NCBI GenBank assembly: GCA_963753655.1
Contig: CAVWDB010000006.1
Location: 684,693-748,692, forward strand
Length of the DNA: 64,000 bases
Source: an uncultured Chloroflexia bacterium
GTDB lineage: Bacteria; Chloroflexota; Anaerolineae; Anaerolineales; Villigracilaceae
Direction of reading: 5' to 3'
Position numbers and translations under genes: made by a program. Positions 9,374 through 20,418 of the stretch are shown one piece after another (the stretch's first letter is position 1; each line of letters opens with the position of its first letter). The notes under the pieces are model-generated. The model made no database searches. It was not told the DNA's origin and saw only the letters and a program-made list of their open reading frames with translations.

Positions 9374-10499
9374 TTATTTTGCGATCGGCAGTGTGAAGTT
9401 GAAGGTACTTCCCCGCCCCTTCCCTTTAAATTCCACCCAAATGCGTCCCCCCTGCGCTTCGACGAGGGCGCGCGCAATCGTCAAGCCGATGCCGCTTCCG
9501 CCGCCCCCCTGACGGGAGCGGGATTTGTCCACGCGATAGAAGCGGTCGAAGATGTGTGAAAGGTGTTCGGATGGAATCCCAATGCCCGTATCTCGAACGG
9601 AAAACCGAACTTCGTCATTTACTTGTTTTGTGCTGATCGTTACCTTGCCGCCTTCAGGCGTGTATTGCAGGGCATTGCCTGTCAGGTTGGTGAGCACTTG
9701 AATGGCGCGATCTTCGTCGGCGAGAATGGGCGGAAGATCAGGAGTTCAACTCAAAGTCCAGAGAGATGCGTTTGGATTCGGATTGAGGCGCGAGTCGTTT
9801 GGTCACAGTCTGGATCAGCAAAGAAAGGTTCAATGAGCGCAAGTCCAATTGATAAGCGCGGGCTTCGACGCGGCTGAGTTCCTGCAAGTCATCCACCAAA
9901 CGATTGAGGCGATCTGCCTCGGCATGAATTTGTTGAAACGTTTTATCGTTGGCAGGCAGGACGCCATCCATCAGCCCTTCCAGCGAACCTTTGATGGCAG
10001 TGAGAGGCGTGCGGAGTTCGTGGCTGACATCGCCGATCAAGCGGCGGCGCATGGCTTCAACCTGATCGAGTTTTTCAGCCATTTGATTGAAACGCATTGC
10101 GAGTTGCGCAAGTTCATCATCACCCTGCGCCTGAATGCGTTCATCATATCGTCCATCGGCGATGCGTTGCGTGGCTTGCGACATTGCCAGTACAGGTGCC
10201 ACAACACTCCGACTAAAAAGAAAGCTGAGCGCAAGCGCGGCGATCATTGCCGCCAATGCGGCATACATCAAAGCCTCGTTGAAACTTGTACGAAAATCAA
10301 GATAGAGCTGGGACATTGAATCAGATCCGCCCATCATCATTCCACCATTCATTCCCATGCCCAGCATGTGACGATTGAAGGCGGTTGGCAAAACGAACTG
10401 ACTGGCAATGACAAGCACCGCCACACCCAACACAATAATGACCAGATACGAGAAAAATATTTTTGCACCCAAATGACGGCGGAAATAATCGATCATCAT
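9374..10499 (-). CDS. BaeS-like HAMP sensor histidine kinase (frameshift near 9740)
   Basis: Two TMs, Met/Gly-rich loop, HAMP, SHELRTPL, NLTGNALQY, DTGIGI, GSGIGL. Confidence 0.88.
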
Positions 10500-10506
10500 G
10501 CCTCAC

Positions 10507-11190
10507 TTACATCGGCTCATCTTCAAAACGATACCCAACACCACGCACCGTGGCGATCAAATCCTCGTGCCCAAGTTTCTGGCGTATATGCCCGAGATGC
10601 ACATCCACCACGCGCATCTCGCCAAAATACTCGCCGCCCCAAACTTTTTCAAGCAACTGCTCACGCGATAACACGCGTCCGCGATTTTCAGCCAGCGTTT
10701 TGAGCAGGTCAAACTCGACGGCTGTCAACTCAATTGGATTTTCATCTACACTGACTTTTCTTGCAGCAACATCAATTCGCACGTGCTTGAAAGACAGCAC
10801 GCCTCTCTCCCCGCCCGAACCTGCTCCTGATTCGATACGCCTCAACGCCGCCTTGACCCTCGCCACCAACTCACGCGGACTGAACGGCTTGGTGACATAA
10901 TCATCTGCCCCAACAGACAATCCCACGATCTTATCCGTCTCTTCAGTCTTTGCCGTGAGCATGATGACATAGACGTCTGATTCGCGCCGCAAACGCGAAA
11001 GCAACTCAATACCGTCCATGCCAGGGAGCATGACATCGAGAATGATTAGATCGGGCTTGAAGGCATGCGCGGCTTTGAGTCCCGCATTGCCATCGGATAC
11101 GATGAATACTTCATAGCCTTCAGGCTTGAGATATGCGTTGACCAGATTGGTAATGGAAGGTTCATCGTCGACGACTAGGATTTTTGTCAT
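10507..11190 (-). CDS. OmpR/PhoB-family response regulator
   Basis: ILVVDDE, LDVMLPG, KPFSPREL, wHTH end ATVRGVGYRF. Confidence 0.92.
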   Translation of the reverse strand: MTKILVVDDEPSITNLVNAYLKPEGYEVFIVSDGNAGLKAAHAFKPDLIILDVMLPGMDGIELLSRLRRESDVYVIMLTAKTEETDKIVGLSVGADDYVTKPFSPRELVARVKAALRRIESGAGSGGERGVLSFKHVRIDVAARKVSVDENPIELTAVEFDLLKTLAENRGRVLSREQLLEKVWGGEYFGEMRVVDVHLGHIRQKLGHEDLIATVRGVGYRFEDEPM

Positions 11191-11212
11191 TGTTTGATTC
11201 TACCTGTAAAGC

Positions 11213-11243
11213 AACAAGGCGGATACAGTACATCCGCCTTGTT
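11213..11243. terminator. Stem-loop between Met-rich gene and response regulator
   Basis: AACAAGGCGGAT/ATCCGCCTTGTT. Confidence 0.55.
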
Positions 11244-11260
11244 ATCAGTAAAGAGCAATC

Positions 11261-12073
11261 CTATTCGGTTTCTTCGACAAAAGTACCGTGCCAAGTGTGC
11301 AGGAAGACCTGTCCACTGTAGCCGTTGACGCTCAACATGCCAGCCACTTTACCGTCTTTTTCAAAGTCGATCGTGTAATAACCGTAAAACTGGATCGGGT
11401 TGGTGGCGGCAGTTGCACCAGAGATTTTTGCATCGAGATACTTTTGAGCATATTGAATTGCTTGTTCGGGCGTGACGGTCATCATAGCAGAGACATCAAC
11501 GGGAGTTGTGCTGTCCCAACCATTCATCATGTTGCTGTTACTGCCCATCATTTCACCGTTGCCACCCATCATATACTGATGATTGAGTCCGCTATATTTC
11601 AGGTTCCACATCATGTTGGGACCATATTCGGGGAAGGCGGTCTGGGAAGCGGAATCCACGAGCAGTTCGAATGCGCCGATACCTGTGCTGGCTTCCTTGA
11701 TGACAACATAACTGTTGTTATCGAAGACCATGATCTCGGCAATTTCCAAGTCGGAGTTATTGAGGTTTGCCAGATATTTCTCCGCGGCAGCTTTTGTTTG
11801 GTCTATTGTCAGCGGGGTGAGGTTGGTGTTGTTACTGCCATAGCCATTCATCATGTTCCCACCATTGACCATCATGCCGTTTGGCCCCATTCCATTATTT
11901 CCAGTTCCGTTCATCATCCCGCCTGGACCGTAAGAGTTGCGATTATTCCAGCCGCCCATCATGGAAGGTCCGAATGCGTTGAAGCGGGCATACATGCTTC
12001 CTGCGAAGAATAGGACGCCAGCCAGCGCCAGAACTGCAATTACCGTCAGGGTCGTGCTTAAAGTTTTGTTCAT
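11261..12073 (-). CDS. Secreted/membrane-anchored Met-Gly-Asn-rich protein with two PepSY-like repeats
   Basis: N-terminal TM; GPxMM repeats; two LTxEQA...A.KYL units. Confidence 0.65.
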   Translation of the reverse strand: MNKTLSTTLTVIAVLALAGVLFFAGSMYARFNAFGPSMMGGWNNRNSYGPGGMMNGTGNNGMGPNGMMVNGGNMMNGYGSNNTNLTPLTIDQTKAAAEKYLANLNNSDLEIAEIMVFDNNSYVVIKEASTGIGAFELLVDSASQTAFPEYGPNMMWNLKYSGLNHQYMMGGNGEMMGSNSNMMNGWDSTTPVDVSAMMTVTPEQAIQYAQKYLDAKISGATAATNPIQFYGYYTIDFEKDGKVAGMLSVNGYSGQVFLHTWHGTFVEETE

Positions 12074-12126
12074 TTCTGTGATCTCCTTTGATCAAATCAC
12101 ACTTTCGTGTGTTGTTTTATGATCAC

Positions 12127-12181
12127 AGTTTACTTTTGCAGGTTAAAGGGGCTGTAAAGCGATTATAAAGATTCGGTAAAG
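12127..12181 (-). promoter_or_regulatory. Four OmpR-type direct repeats (CTTTA, 11-bp period) plus -10 box
   Basis: TAAAG on + strand at 12144, 12155, 12166, 12177; TAAACT on - strand at 12132-12127. Confidence 0.6.
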
Positions 12182-12346
12182 AATGGTTCATGCCCTTTCA
12201 GATTCAAATCCCACGTTTGTGATGAAAGAACGAATTCAAGGTTTGCCTAATAACCATTGGTGTTAGTTTTCAGAGTGAGAACGCGGCGATGCTAATCTTA
12301 TAAGGATCGGCATCGGGGTGAATCACGCGGAATAGGTCCATTTGTG

Positions 12347-12400
12347 TGGGCGCGAGAGACTTGAACTCCTAGCCTCTACTGCGAAACAGTTGCGCCCTAA
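12347..12400 (-). pseudogene. Degenerate tRNA 3' fragment (att-like)
   Basis: Minus strand CAGTAGAGGCTAGGAGTTCAAGTCTCTCGCGCCCA = variable loop, T arm and acceptor 3' strand. Confidence 0.6.
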
Positions 12401-12528
12401 AGCCATCTCAGTGCAACACTTTGACAACACCTAACAGATATAAACAAAAAAATGCCTCCCCGATTTCGAGGGAGGCTCTTTAGTGTTTCGGCAACACACT
12501 GAAACTTTGGGCAAATCGCCTATTTTTG

Positions 12529-12602
12529 TGGTCTTGACAGGACTCGAACCTGTGACCTCGCCGATGTGAACGGCGCGTTCTAACCAACTGAACTACAAGA
12601 CC
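12529..12602 (-). tRNA. tRNA-Val(CAC)
   Basis: GGTCTTG/CAAGACC acceptor, D arm, CGCCG-TTCACAT-CGGCG anticodon arm, GGTTCGAGTCC; no encoded CCA. Confidence 0.9.
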
Positions 12603-12645
12603 CTGCTTTGCTCTCTCCGCAATGCGTCTATTGTTTCCAATATTT

Positions 12646-12689
12646 CCACTGTGTGATAGTAGCGCTCTAACCAACTGAGCTATGCGCCC
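12646..12689 (-). pseudogene. 5' half of a second tRNA-Val, truncated after the anticodon arm
   Basis: GGGCGCATAGCTCAGTTGGTTAGAGCGCTACTATCACACAGTGG then non-tRNA sequence; TATAAT at 12708-12703 upstream. Confidence 0.7.
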
Positions 12690-12763
12690 GTAAGCGACGC
12701 AGATTATAGCCGAGAAAAACCTGTTTCGCAAGGAACATCCTCATCGTTCAGTCTGTCCGTTGA

Positions 12764-13906
12764 CTATACGGTGGTAACACATCCCACGGGATTCACCCAG
12801 GAGGAGATTGCCCTGATCTCGAAATGCAAATGTGGACCACTCGAACGACCTGTCGTCCCGATCGCACCGATCACATCTCCCTGCCCAACGCTTTGACCGC
12901 ATCCTACATTGAATGCGCTCATATGTCCATATAAGGATTGGAACCCATTCCCGTGATCGATCATGACCATATTGCCATAACCATAATTATTCCAACCCGC
13001 ATATACGACTACACCAGCATCCGTGGCATATACGCCTTCGCCTTCGTTACCCGCAATATCGATACCCCAGTGATTTGTGCTGGGGGAATAATCAAAACCA
13101 GACAGGTAATGTTTATTTGCGGGCCAGATAAATGTGCCAAACCCTACCGCGCCGCCACTGACCGGGTCACACGCCCCCGGACCCAGCACACGCGCCGATG
13201 CCGGGTTCTCCCGTGTCACACCCAGCGGCGCGCTCCATGAGATGAACTCGCGTCTGCCATTGGGAACGATTAACCACGTACCTGGTGGGATGTTCGGGTT
13301 TGCAAAGTCGCCAATCGTTGAGGCATCAAGATTATTGGTCGGATAATTGATAATATCCTCCGGCGTCACGCCATAATACGTTGCAACGCCATTCAGTCCC
13401 TCGCCTGCCTGCCACTCGTGATAAGTACCATTTACAGGCAGAATATTCAATTCCTGCCCGGGTTTCAACGCATGTGGGTCATCGAGCAAAACATAATAAT
13501 TTCCCCATAAAATAGTTTCTGGCTTAAGCCCAAATTTTTCGGCGATGCCAAATAGGGTATCTCCCTCCTGCACCGTATATTTGACGATCTCCTCCGAGGC
13601 CGTGATGGGATGATGGTATGTTCCTGCGCCAAACGCGGGATGCCTCCAAATGCATCCACGCTTTCCAAAGAGACGTTTTCGATCCCTCCTACAGCCAGGG
13701 TTGCCTCCGTTATGGGAACATTTTCCACGCTGGCGGCTCCCGCGGTTTGAGCATAAAACATCTGCAAAAGCCAGATCACCACCCCCACTAAAACAACAGA
13801 CAGAACCGCTGTCCCGAGTGCGCAGAAGCGATTCTCCCAACCCAATTTGAATGAGTGTATTGAAAAATCGCGCAAAAATGCCGCGCGAGCCTTTGTCATT
13901 ATCCAT
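12764..13906 (-). CDS. LysM-domain M23 metallopeptidase (frameshifts in N-terminal part)
   Basis: YTVQEGDTLFGIAEKFG LysM; HWGIDIA, YGHM, GPHLHFE. Confidence 0.88.
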   Translation of the reverse strand: MDNDKGSRGIFARFFNTLIQIGLGESLLRTRDSGSVCCFSGGGDLAFADVLCSNRGSRQRGKCSHNGGNPGCRRDRKRLFGKRGCIWRHPAFGAGTYHHPITASEEIVKYTVQEGDTLFGIAEKFGLKPETILWGNYYVLLDDPHALKPGQELNILPVNGTYHEWQAGEGLNGVATYYGVTPEDIINYPTNNLDASTIGDFANPNIPPGTWLIVPNGRREFISWSAPLGVTRENPASARVLGPGACDPVSGGAVGFGTFIWPANKHYLSGFDYSPSTNHWGIDIAGNEGEGVYATDAGVVVYAGWNNYGYGNMVMIDHGNGFQSLYGHMSAFNVGCGQSVGQGDVIGAIGTTGRSSGPHLHFEIRAISSWVNPVGCVTTV

Positions 13907-13987
13907 GTTATGTTCGATCTCCGTCGAGCATCATATCACGGGCAAAAAATAGGCGTCAATCCGTCTTCCATATACGCTCACCTGACG

Positions 13988-15258
13988 TTAAGCCTGCGCC
14001 CTTCGTACGCCAGGGTTGAGCAAATGTAAACCGCCAATGGATATTAAAGATACCAGCCCTCCGATCAATGCCGCCACAGGTACGCTCCAATATTGAGCAA
14101 ACCAGCCTATGAGCAGACTTCCGAATGGCGCCACACCTTGAAGTGCCCAAAGATATATGCTAAAAACACGCCCTCGCAATTCATTTGGCACCATCAATTG
14201 GATAAGCATGTTCATCGTCACAAGTTGCATTACGGACCCCCATCCAATGATCAACAGGAGAAAGAATGCTAAGTTCTGTTTAGCGGCATAGCCGAGTGCG
14301 ATCAAGGGCAGGATAAAGGCAATCTGCCCGATCGTTACCATCCTTCCTTTTTTGCGCGAAGAACTCAGGAATGTCGCCATAACATGCGGCGATTAACGCC
14401 CCAATACCTTGTGCGGCGTATAAAGTACTTGTCCGCTCTGCAACGATGGACTTCCGTATCCCCGACCAACTTTAAGGACATCACGGGCGATGGCAGGTAT
14501 CTGCTGTAATAAAGGCAGCCCAAAGAATCCGATCAACGCCGCCATGATAATAATAGCAGCGACAACTGTATTTTTGCGGATGAATGCCATTCCCTCGCCG
14601 AACTCGGCTCTCAGCCCTTTGTTTTCTTCCAACTCACGCGGAATCTTATAGTTTGTCCGTGCAATAACCAGCCCCGCGATCACGAACAGGAAACTGATGC
14701 CGTTTGCCAGAAATACGCTCCCCTCTGTGCCTGTGGAGGTCAGTAACCAGGCGGCGGCTAACGGTCCAAGGACGCGCCCGATATTAAAGACTGTAGTTTG
14801 TAGCGCGATGGCGCTGGGTAGGGCTTCGCGTCCTGCCAGTTCGATCAACATGGCTTGGCGCGCGGTAATTTCAACCGCGCTCGCTGTTCCAAAAATAAGC
14901 GCAAATACGATGATATGCCAGATTTGAACATGACCGGTAAAAGTAAGTATGGCAAGCCCAAAGGCTTGAAGCGACATGATGGCTTGAAAAATAATAACTG
15001 TCTTGCGTTTGTCCCAGCGTTCCACCAGCACGCCTGCCGGCAATGCCAGGATAAGGGTTGGCAATGTACTCGCAAAGCCAATGATGTCCCAAATCCATTG
15101 GGCGGCCTGAGATGCGGTAGGCTAAATAGGGCTGGGCTGTATTTTGCATCCATGTGCCGATGACGGAGACGAATTGTCCCACCAGGAAGAGAACAAAATC
15201 ACTCGAAGCCAATGCCGGGAATCTACGGGCAGTTTTTCCTGTGAATCTTCGAAATCAC
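13988..15258 (-). CDS. MFS transporter (frameshifted; start approximate)
   Basis: GQFVSVIGTWMQ, AGVLVERWDKRK, VPNELRGRVFS across fragments. Confidence 0.8.
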
Positions 15259-15933
15259 GTTACGAGACCGGGACGTAGCAGTTCCGGTCTGTCGTTGGCG
15301 GGTTTATTGACCAGTGTCGAAACGCGGTAGGCTGACATATTCGTCAGCGGGGAAAGGCTTGATGAGGGGAAGCAGGTTTTCGGGAGTCTGAGGCGAGACA
15401 TCCAGCCATTTTGCATAGTCGCGGGGATGCAGGATGACGGGCATCCGATCATGAAGTTGTGCCATCAGTTCGTTTGGTGTTGTAGTGATGATGGTGCAGG
15501 TTTTAATGCTGGATCCATCGGGGCCTGCCCACGAGTCCCATAAGCCTGCAAAGGCGAAGGGTTTGCGGTCTTTCATATGAATGAAGTAGGGCGTTTTTGT
15601 TTTTTTATTGTCTGAAGCCTTCCATTCATAAAACCCGTCTGCCAGGATCAGACAGCGTTTGTATTTGAATGAGCCGCGAAAGGATGGTTTTTCTGCAACC
15701 GTTTCGCCGCGCGCGTTGATCAGACGGTTCCCGATGGATGGGTCTTTTGCCCACATGGGGATCAGTCCCCAAATGAAGAAATCGGCGGTGTTCTTTTCAT
15801 CGTTTGGGATGGCAAGCACGGGTTGAGACGGGGCAATATTAAAGCGGGGTCCGAACTTGGGCGGAAAGATGTAATCGTTGAACGTATCTTTCAGCTCTGC
15901 TGGATTAATGGTGAGTGTAAATCTTCCACACAT
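15255..15933 (-). CDS. SOS response-associated peptidase (SRAP/YedK), frameshift near C-terminus
   Basis: MCGRF N-terminus, RFNIAP, INARGET, GFYEW, HDRMPVIL. Confidence 0.92.
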
Positions 15934-15945
15934 GGTTTCTCCTGA

Positions 15946-18406
15946 TTATGCCCTGGGTAGGGTGAAATAAAATGTTGAGCCTTTGCCTGCCTCTGATTCT
16001 ACCCAAATTTGACCATTGTGTACTTCGATTATTCTTTTGACAAGCGATAAACCAACACCTGTGCCTTCAGTGTGGGTTTAACTTATTGAACAATCCAAAG
16101 ATGCGTTCATGGAATTGCGGATCGATACCAATGCCATTATCGCGAACGAAGTATGACGGTTTTGTTGCCCTGGTCTTCTGTGGTTCCGATCTCGATGATG
16201 GGTTGTGTAGTTTGGGTTGGAATATTTGGCGGCATTGTCGATCAGGTTTTGCAGGACTTCCACCAATCTTGCGCGGTCACCGCGGATGGTAGGCAGATCT
16301 TTTTGAATTAGGAGAAGTACGTTTGTGTATATCCAGGCGGCCCTGCACATGTTCCACTGCTTCATTAACGATCTCTTCAAAGGGAATATCTTCCGCCGCA
16401 TTCATCAAGCGCCCAACACGCGAAAGTTCAAGAAGGTCATTGAGCAATGCCTGCATTTTTTCAGCAGCTCTGGAGATACGATTGATGCTGCCTTTTATCT
16501 TTTCCTTGTTCCCGGTTAATGCATCCTTTTCGAGATAGCCCAAAAACCCTGTGATGGTCACAAGGGGTGATTTGAGGTCGTGTGAAACGGTATACGTAAA
16601 GCGCTCGAGTTCTGCGTTCTTTGTTTCGAGTTCATTGATTAACGCCTCGCGTTCCGCATCTGCTTGTTTTTGCAGGGTGATATCGCGCGAGATGCCGATT
16701 GTTCCAATTACGCGCCCTTCTGAGTTTTTGACCGGCACCGTGGTGGCTGAGAACCAGCGTGGACTTCCATCTTTGGTTGGATTAAATTCGATCCGGTCAA
16801 TACCAGGTTGGCCCGTTGCGATAATACGTTTTTCTTCACTCATGAATTCTTGTGCCCGCTCATGGGATTGGAAATCAAGGTTGGTCTTCCCAATGGCATC
16901 TTGCGGGTCTTGTAGATTTAGAAAATTCGACAGGGTTTTGTTGATGCGTATGAAACGTGACTCGAGATCTTTAAAATACACCGAATCCGGGATATTATCT
17001 ATAAAAACCTGGAGCAGATCGCGTTCATATCTCAGCGCTTCTTCTGCCTGTTTTCGTTCGGTGATATCTTGATACATCCCAACCGAGCCGTACGCGATCC
17101 CTTGTTCGTCGCGCAAATCCACTGCTGCTTCAAATACCCAATGAATTTTTCCATCGCGTGCCTTGATGCAGTGCTCGCATTTCCAGATGGCGTTTTTACC
17201 TGAACGCACTCGTTGAATTGCTTCGTCCAGAGAATAGGGCGCTAAATCTTCAAGCAGGTTTCTTTCCTGTACCAGTAAACCCCACAGGTTGTCATTGAAT
17301 TCTTCCGGTCCATAGCCCGTAATCTGGCGGATGCCCTCGCTCATGAAATCGTAAATGATCCCACCGTTTTCATCAAAAGTCTGGCGATAAGGCACAGCGC
17401 CCGCAATCTCGATTGCCTGTCTATAGGTTGCCTCAGATTTTTGCAGAGCCTCTTCGGCTTGTTTTCGATCAGTGATGTCTTTGACTGCTCCAACGATGCC
17501 GCTCAGTTTATCTTGTTTTTGATCCCAAACTGGCTGTGCTGAAACCTGTACCCAGCGCAGAGAACCATCTCTTTTGTAGGTGCGAATTTCGGATCTCACA
17601 GACTGCCCTTTTTGCAAAACGGTCATATCCCGGGCGTCCCTCTCGACATCGTCAGGATGGATATGGGCCAGCCAACCGCCGTGCTTCAGATATTCCTCAT
17701 AGGAGTATCCTGTCATTGACTTAAATGCGCCTGCCACCCAATTCAAGTGCATGTGACCTTCCAAATCCAATTCTGTGGAAAAGGTATAATCTGAACTAAC
17801 CTTGGAGATCAGGCGATATTTTTCTTCGCTTGCATATGCCCGGGCAAGCGAACTTCTAATCGTGCGCGCCGCCAGATTTTGAAGGATTGCACCAACCGGG
17901 AACAGCACAAGGCTTACGATCCATGTGGTCAGGGGCGAGCTTGTAAAGCCAGAATCGATTGCTTGATTGGTTTGCTCGTAGATCATCAACCCGCCAACGG
18001 TAAGCGCAAGGACCGTAAATATCAGCGCCCCTGTTCCGCCCAATAAGATTCCGGCAATCGCGATCACCAACCCATACCCGAGTAAATATGCCTCGCTTTG
18101 CACGCCGCTTCCTGTTATTGCGGTAACTGTAAAAAAGAGCCAGAATGTGCTGACCTGTATGATGGATGCCGCTTGTATATGTCCACGCCGTATCATAAGC
18201 AACAGAATAATATTGACTGTTTCCCCAAATGCAGCTTGTGTAAAAGTTCTACTGAGACTCTCGGGAGTTTTGACCAGTGTGTAAACGATAAATGGAATCG
18301 GCGCAAAGATCAATATCCAAACGATGACATTTAATAAGTAGGCTTGTTGTGTTTTCCACTCATCTTCGAATACGGGTGCGGTAAACAACTTCTTTAGCAT
18401 ATTCAT
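15946..18406 (-). CDS. Multi-PAS membrane sensor histidine kinase (frameshifts near 16300 and 16100-16200)
   Basis: TM region, 3 PAS/PAC (DITDRK, DITERK), [37 protein letters not shown]. Confidence 0.88.
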
Positions 18407-20301
18407 TGTTTCTTTATCTTTCTAAAATCCCCATCTCGTATTGTGATGCCCAACGCATCGAGATGTTCCAATAATGCCTGTGCATATTTGCGGCTGGTTT
18501 GGAAGAGGTCGCGTGTTTCGGCAAGGGATATTTTTCCATTTTGTGTGATCGTCTTTCGAATCGCTGCCTCCATTAAATCATAGTCCTCTTTGCGAAAAAC
18601 CACCTCTGCTGAAACTGCAACCAATTCCTTTCGTTCGATCAAGGCATTGACGACTTCCTCGCCCGTCACAGACTGACATTCCTTAATGCCCGGTGGGCTG
18701 AATGGATGCGCTTCGAACTTTCGCATCAAGGTCTGAACCTTAGCCTGCTCCTCCGCATTGAACCTTAGCTCATGCCCAGGTTGCGCGAGGAATGCAGCGT
18801 GATCCGTTATTAAGCTGTCAGTGATAAGTTTGTTGATGACAGCATTGAAGGCGCGCTGCGTAAGTTTTAATCGGCTTTTTAATTCCTCCCGTGGAATGCC
18901 GCGCCGTAATGGATAGTCCTTGTGATATGTCTCGATAAGTTGTATGGTTTTATCGCTCAATATGCTCCATTGTGGTACTGCAATTACAAGCAAGTCGCTT
19001 GTAATTTTTAGCTCGCCTTTTTCCAACTGTACCAGTGAGTTGGCGCTCAATAACTCATCTAATGCCTGTTGAGCGGTTTCTGCCTCAAGACGCGAACGAT
19101 TTACGACATCTTTTATGCTCGCGATGTTGAATACAAGAGCAGCCTCCAGTAATATATCGGACGGGGAACCTTGTAATAATGATTCGAGCGATTTCAGAAC
19201 GCTATCATCAAACCGTTTATGTCTTCCTTTAGGCAAGGGGTCAATGATCTCACCGCCGCCCAATGTTTCACCGGGAGATGGACGCCGCAAAATATAACGG
19301 TCGCCGCGTGTGGCAACGACAGAGTCGCGCAATTCGAGTTGGATCCAACCCTCTTCACCAGGAGAGAGTTCCTGTATGCCAAGTAAGCGTAGTGTGGCAA
19401 TGGTCTCGCTTGCGCCGACAAAGAACTTGACTTCATCCCCATGTTTGACAGGGGAGGATGCATCTTTCAATAATCGAAAACGTGCATCGAGTCTGCGTGT
19501 GACCTGATATTGATCTGGATGTGTCACCACTTCGCCGCGTTGTATTTGCTCGGTTGTTATTCCCGAAATATTGACAGCGACGCGTGAGCCGGGAAGCGCA
19601 TTGGACTCCTTTTTCTTGTGAGTTTGCAGCCCGCGTATTCTCCCTGTAAAACCAGATGGCAAAATTATTACTTCATCTCCTACGGATAAGCGCCCATCGC
19701 TTAGTGTGCCAGTGACCACGGTGCCGAATCCGCTCATGGTGAAGACGCGGTCGATGGGTAGCCGCGGACGATTGAGGTCAAGCCGTGCAGGTTTCTCTTC
19801 GAGGAGTGTGCCAAGTGTAGTGATAAGTTCGTCGAGTCCAGTTTTGTTTTTGGCGGAGACGCGTAGAATAGGGGCGTCTTTTAGGATAGTGTCACTGACA
19901 GCGGCGCGAATGTCTGTTTCGAGGAGATCAAGCCAGGCTGAGTCGGAGGCGAGGTCGGTCTTCGTCAGCACGATCAGCCCGGCGGGAATCTGTAGTAGAT
20001 CCAGTATTGCTAAATGTTCTTTTGTTTGCGGCATTACGCCTTCGTCGGCTGCGATGATGAGTAGTGCGGCGTCAATTCCCCCGATACCCGATAACATGTT
20101 TTCGATAAAGTCACGGTGCCCTGGAACATCCACGATACCAATCTCTTCGCCGTGAGGGAGTGTCAACCAGCCAAAACCAAGTTCGATGGTCATCGCGCGC
20201 GCCTGTTCCTCTTTGAGACGATCGGGATGTGTTCCTGTCAACGCGGCGATGAGCGTGGACTTACCGTGATCTACGTGCCCTGCTGTTCCAATGACTCTCA
20301 T
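18403..20301 (-). CDS. selB: Selenocysteine-specific translation elongation factor
   Basis: IGTAGHVDHGKS, DVPGH, C-terminal winged helices ending TSRKYAQALLEHLD. Confidence 0.95.
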   Translation of the reverse strand: MRVIGTAGHVDHGKSTLIAALTGTHPDRLKEEQARAMTIELGFGWLTLPHGEEIGIVDVPGHRDFIENMLSGIGGIDAALLIIAADEGVMPQTKEHLAILDLLQIPAGLIVLTKTDLASDSAWLDLLETDIRAAVSDTILKDAPILRVSAKNKTGLDELITTLGTLLEEKPARLDLNRPRLPIDRVFTMSGFGTVVTGTLSDGRLSVGDEVIILPSGFTGRIRGLQTHKKKESNALPGSRVAVNISGITTEQIQRGEVVTHPDQYQVTRRLDARFRLLKDASSPVKHGDEVKFFVGASETIATLRLLGIQELSPGEEGWIQLELRDSVVATRGDRYILRRPSPGETLGGGEIIDPLPKGRHKRFDDSVLKSLESLLQGSPSDILLEAALVFNIASIKDVVNRSRLEAETAQQALDELLSANSLVQLEKGELKITSDLLVIAVPQWSILSDKTIQLIETYHKDYPLRRGIPREELKSRLKLTQRAFNAVINKLITDSLITDHAAFLAQPGHELRFNAEEQAKVQTLMRKFEAHPFSPPGIKECQSVTGEEVVNALIERKELVAVSAEVVFRKEDYDLMEAAIRKTITQNGKISLAETRDLFQTSRKYAQALLEHLDALGITIRDGDFRKIKKQ

Positions 20302-20418
20302 AAAAATCTTTCCTCTTTCCTCTTTCTTGTAGCTGAAAGACATTTGTACTGCGCGCAAGAGCCGGGGAGCGCGGGTGAGAAAAAAGAGGAAGGATAAGGT
20401 TTCTTTAACGTGTGATTT

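Noticed and set aside
12480-12731. 83-aa ORF in the track
   Set aside because: It overlaps the tRNA-Val gene and the tRNA fragment.
3011-16400. Numerous frameshifts read as mass pseudogenisation or programmed frameshifting
   Set aside because: Single-base indels also hit housekeeping genes such as mfd and all motifs stay intact. Long-read error is more parsimonious, though it cannot be confirmed without reads.
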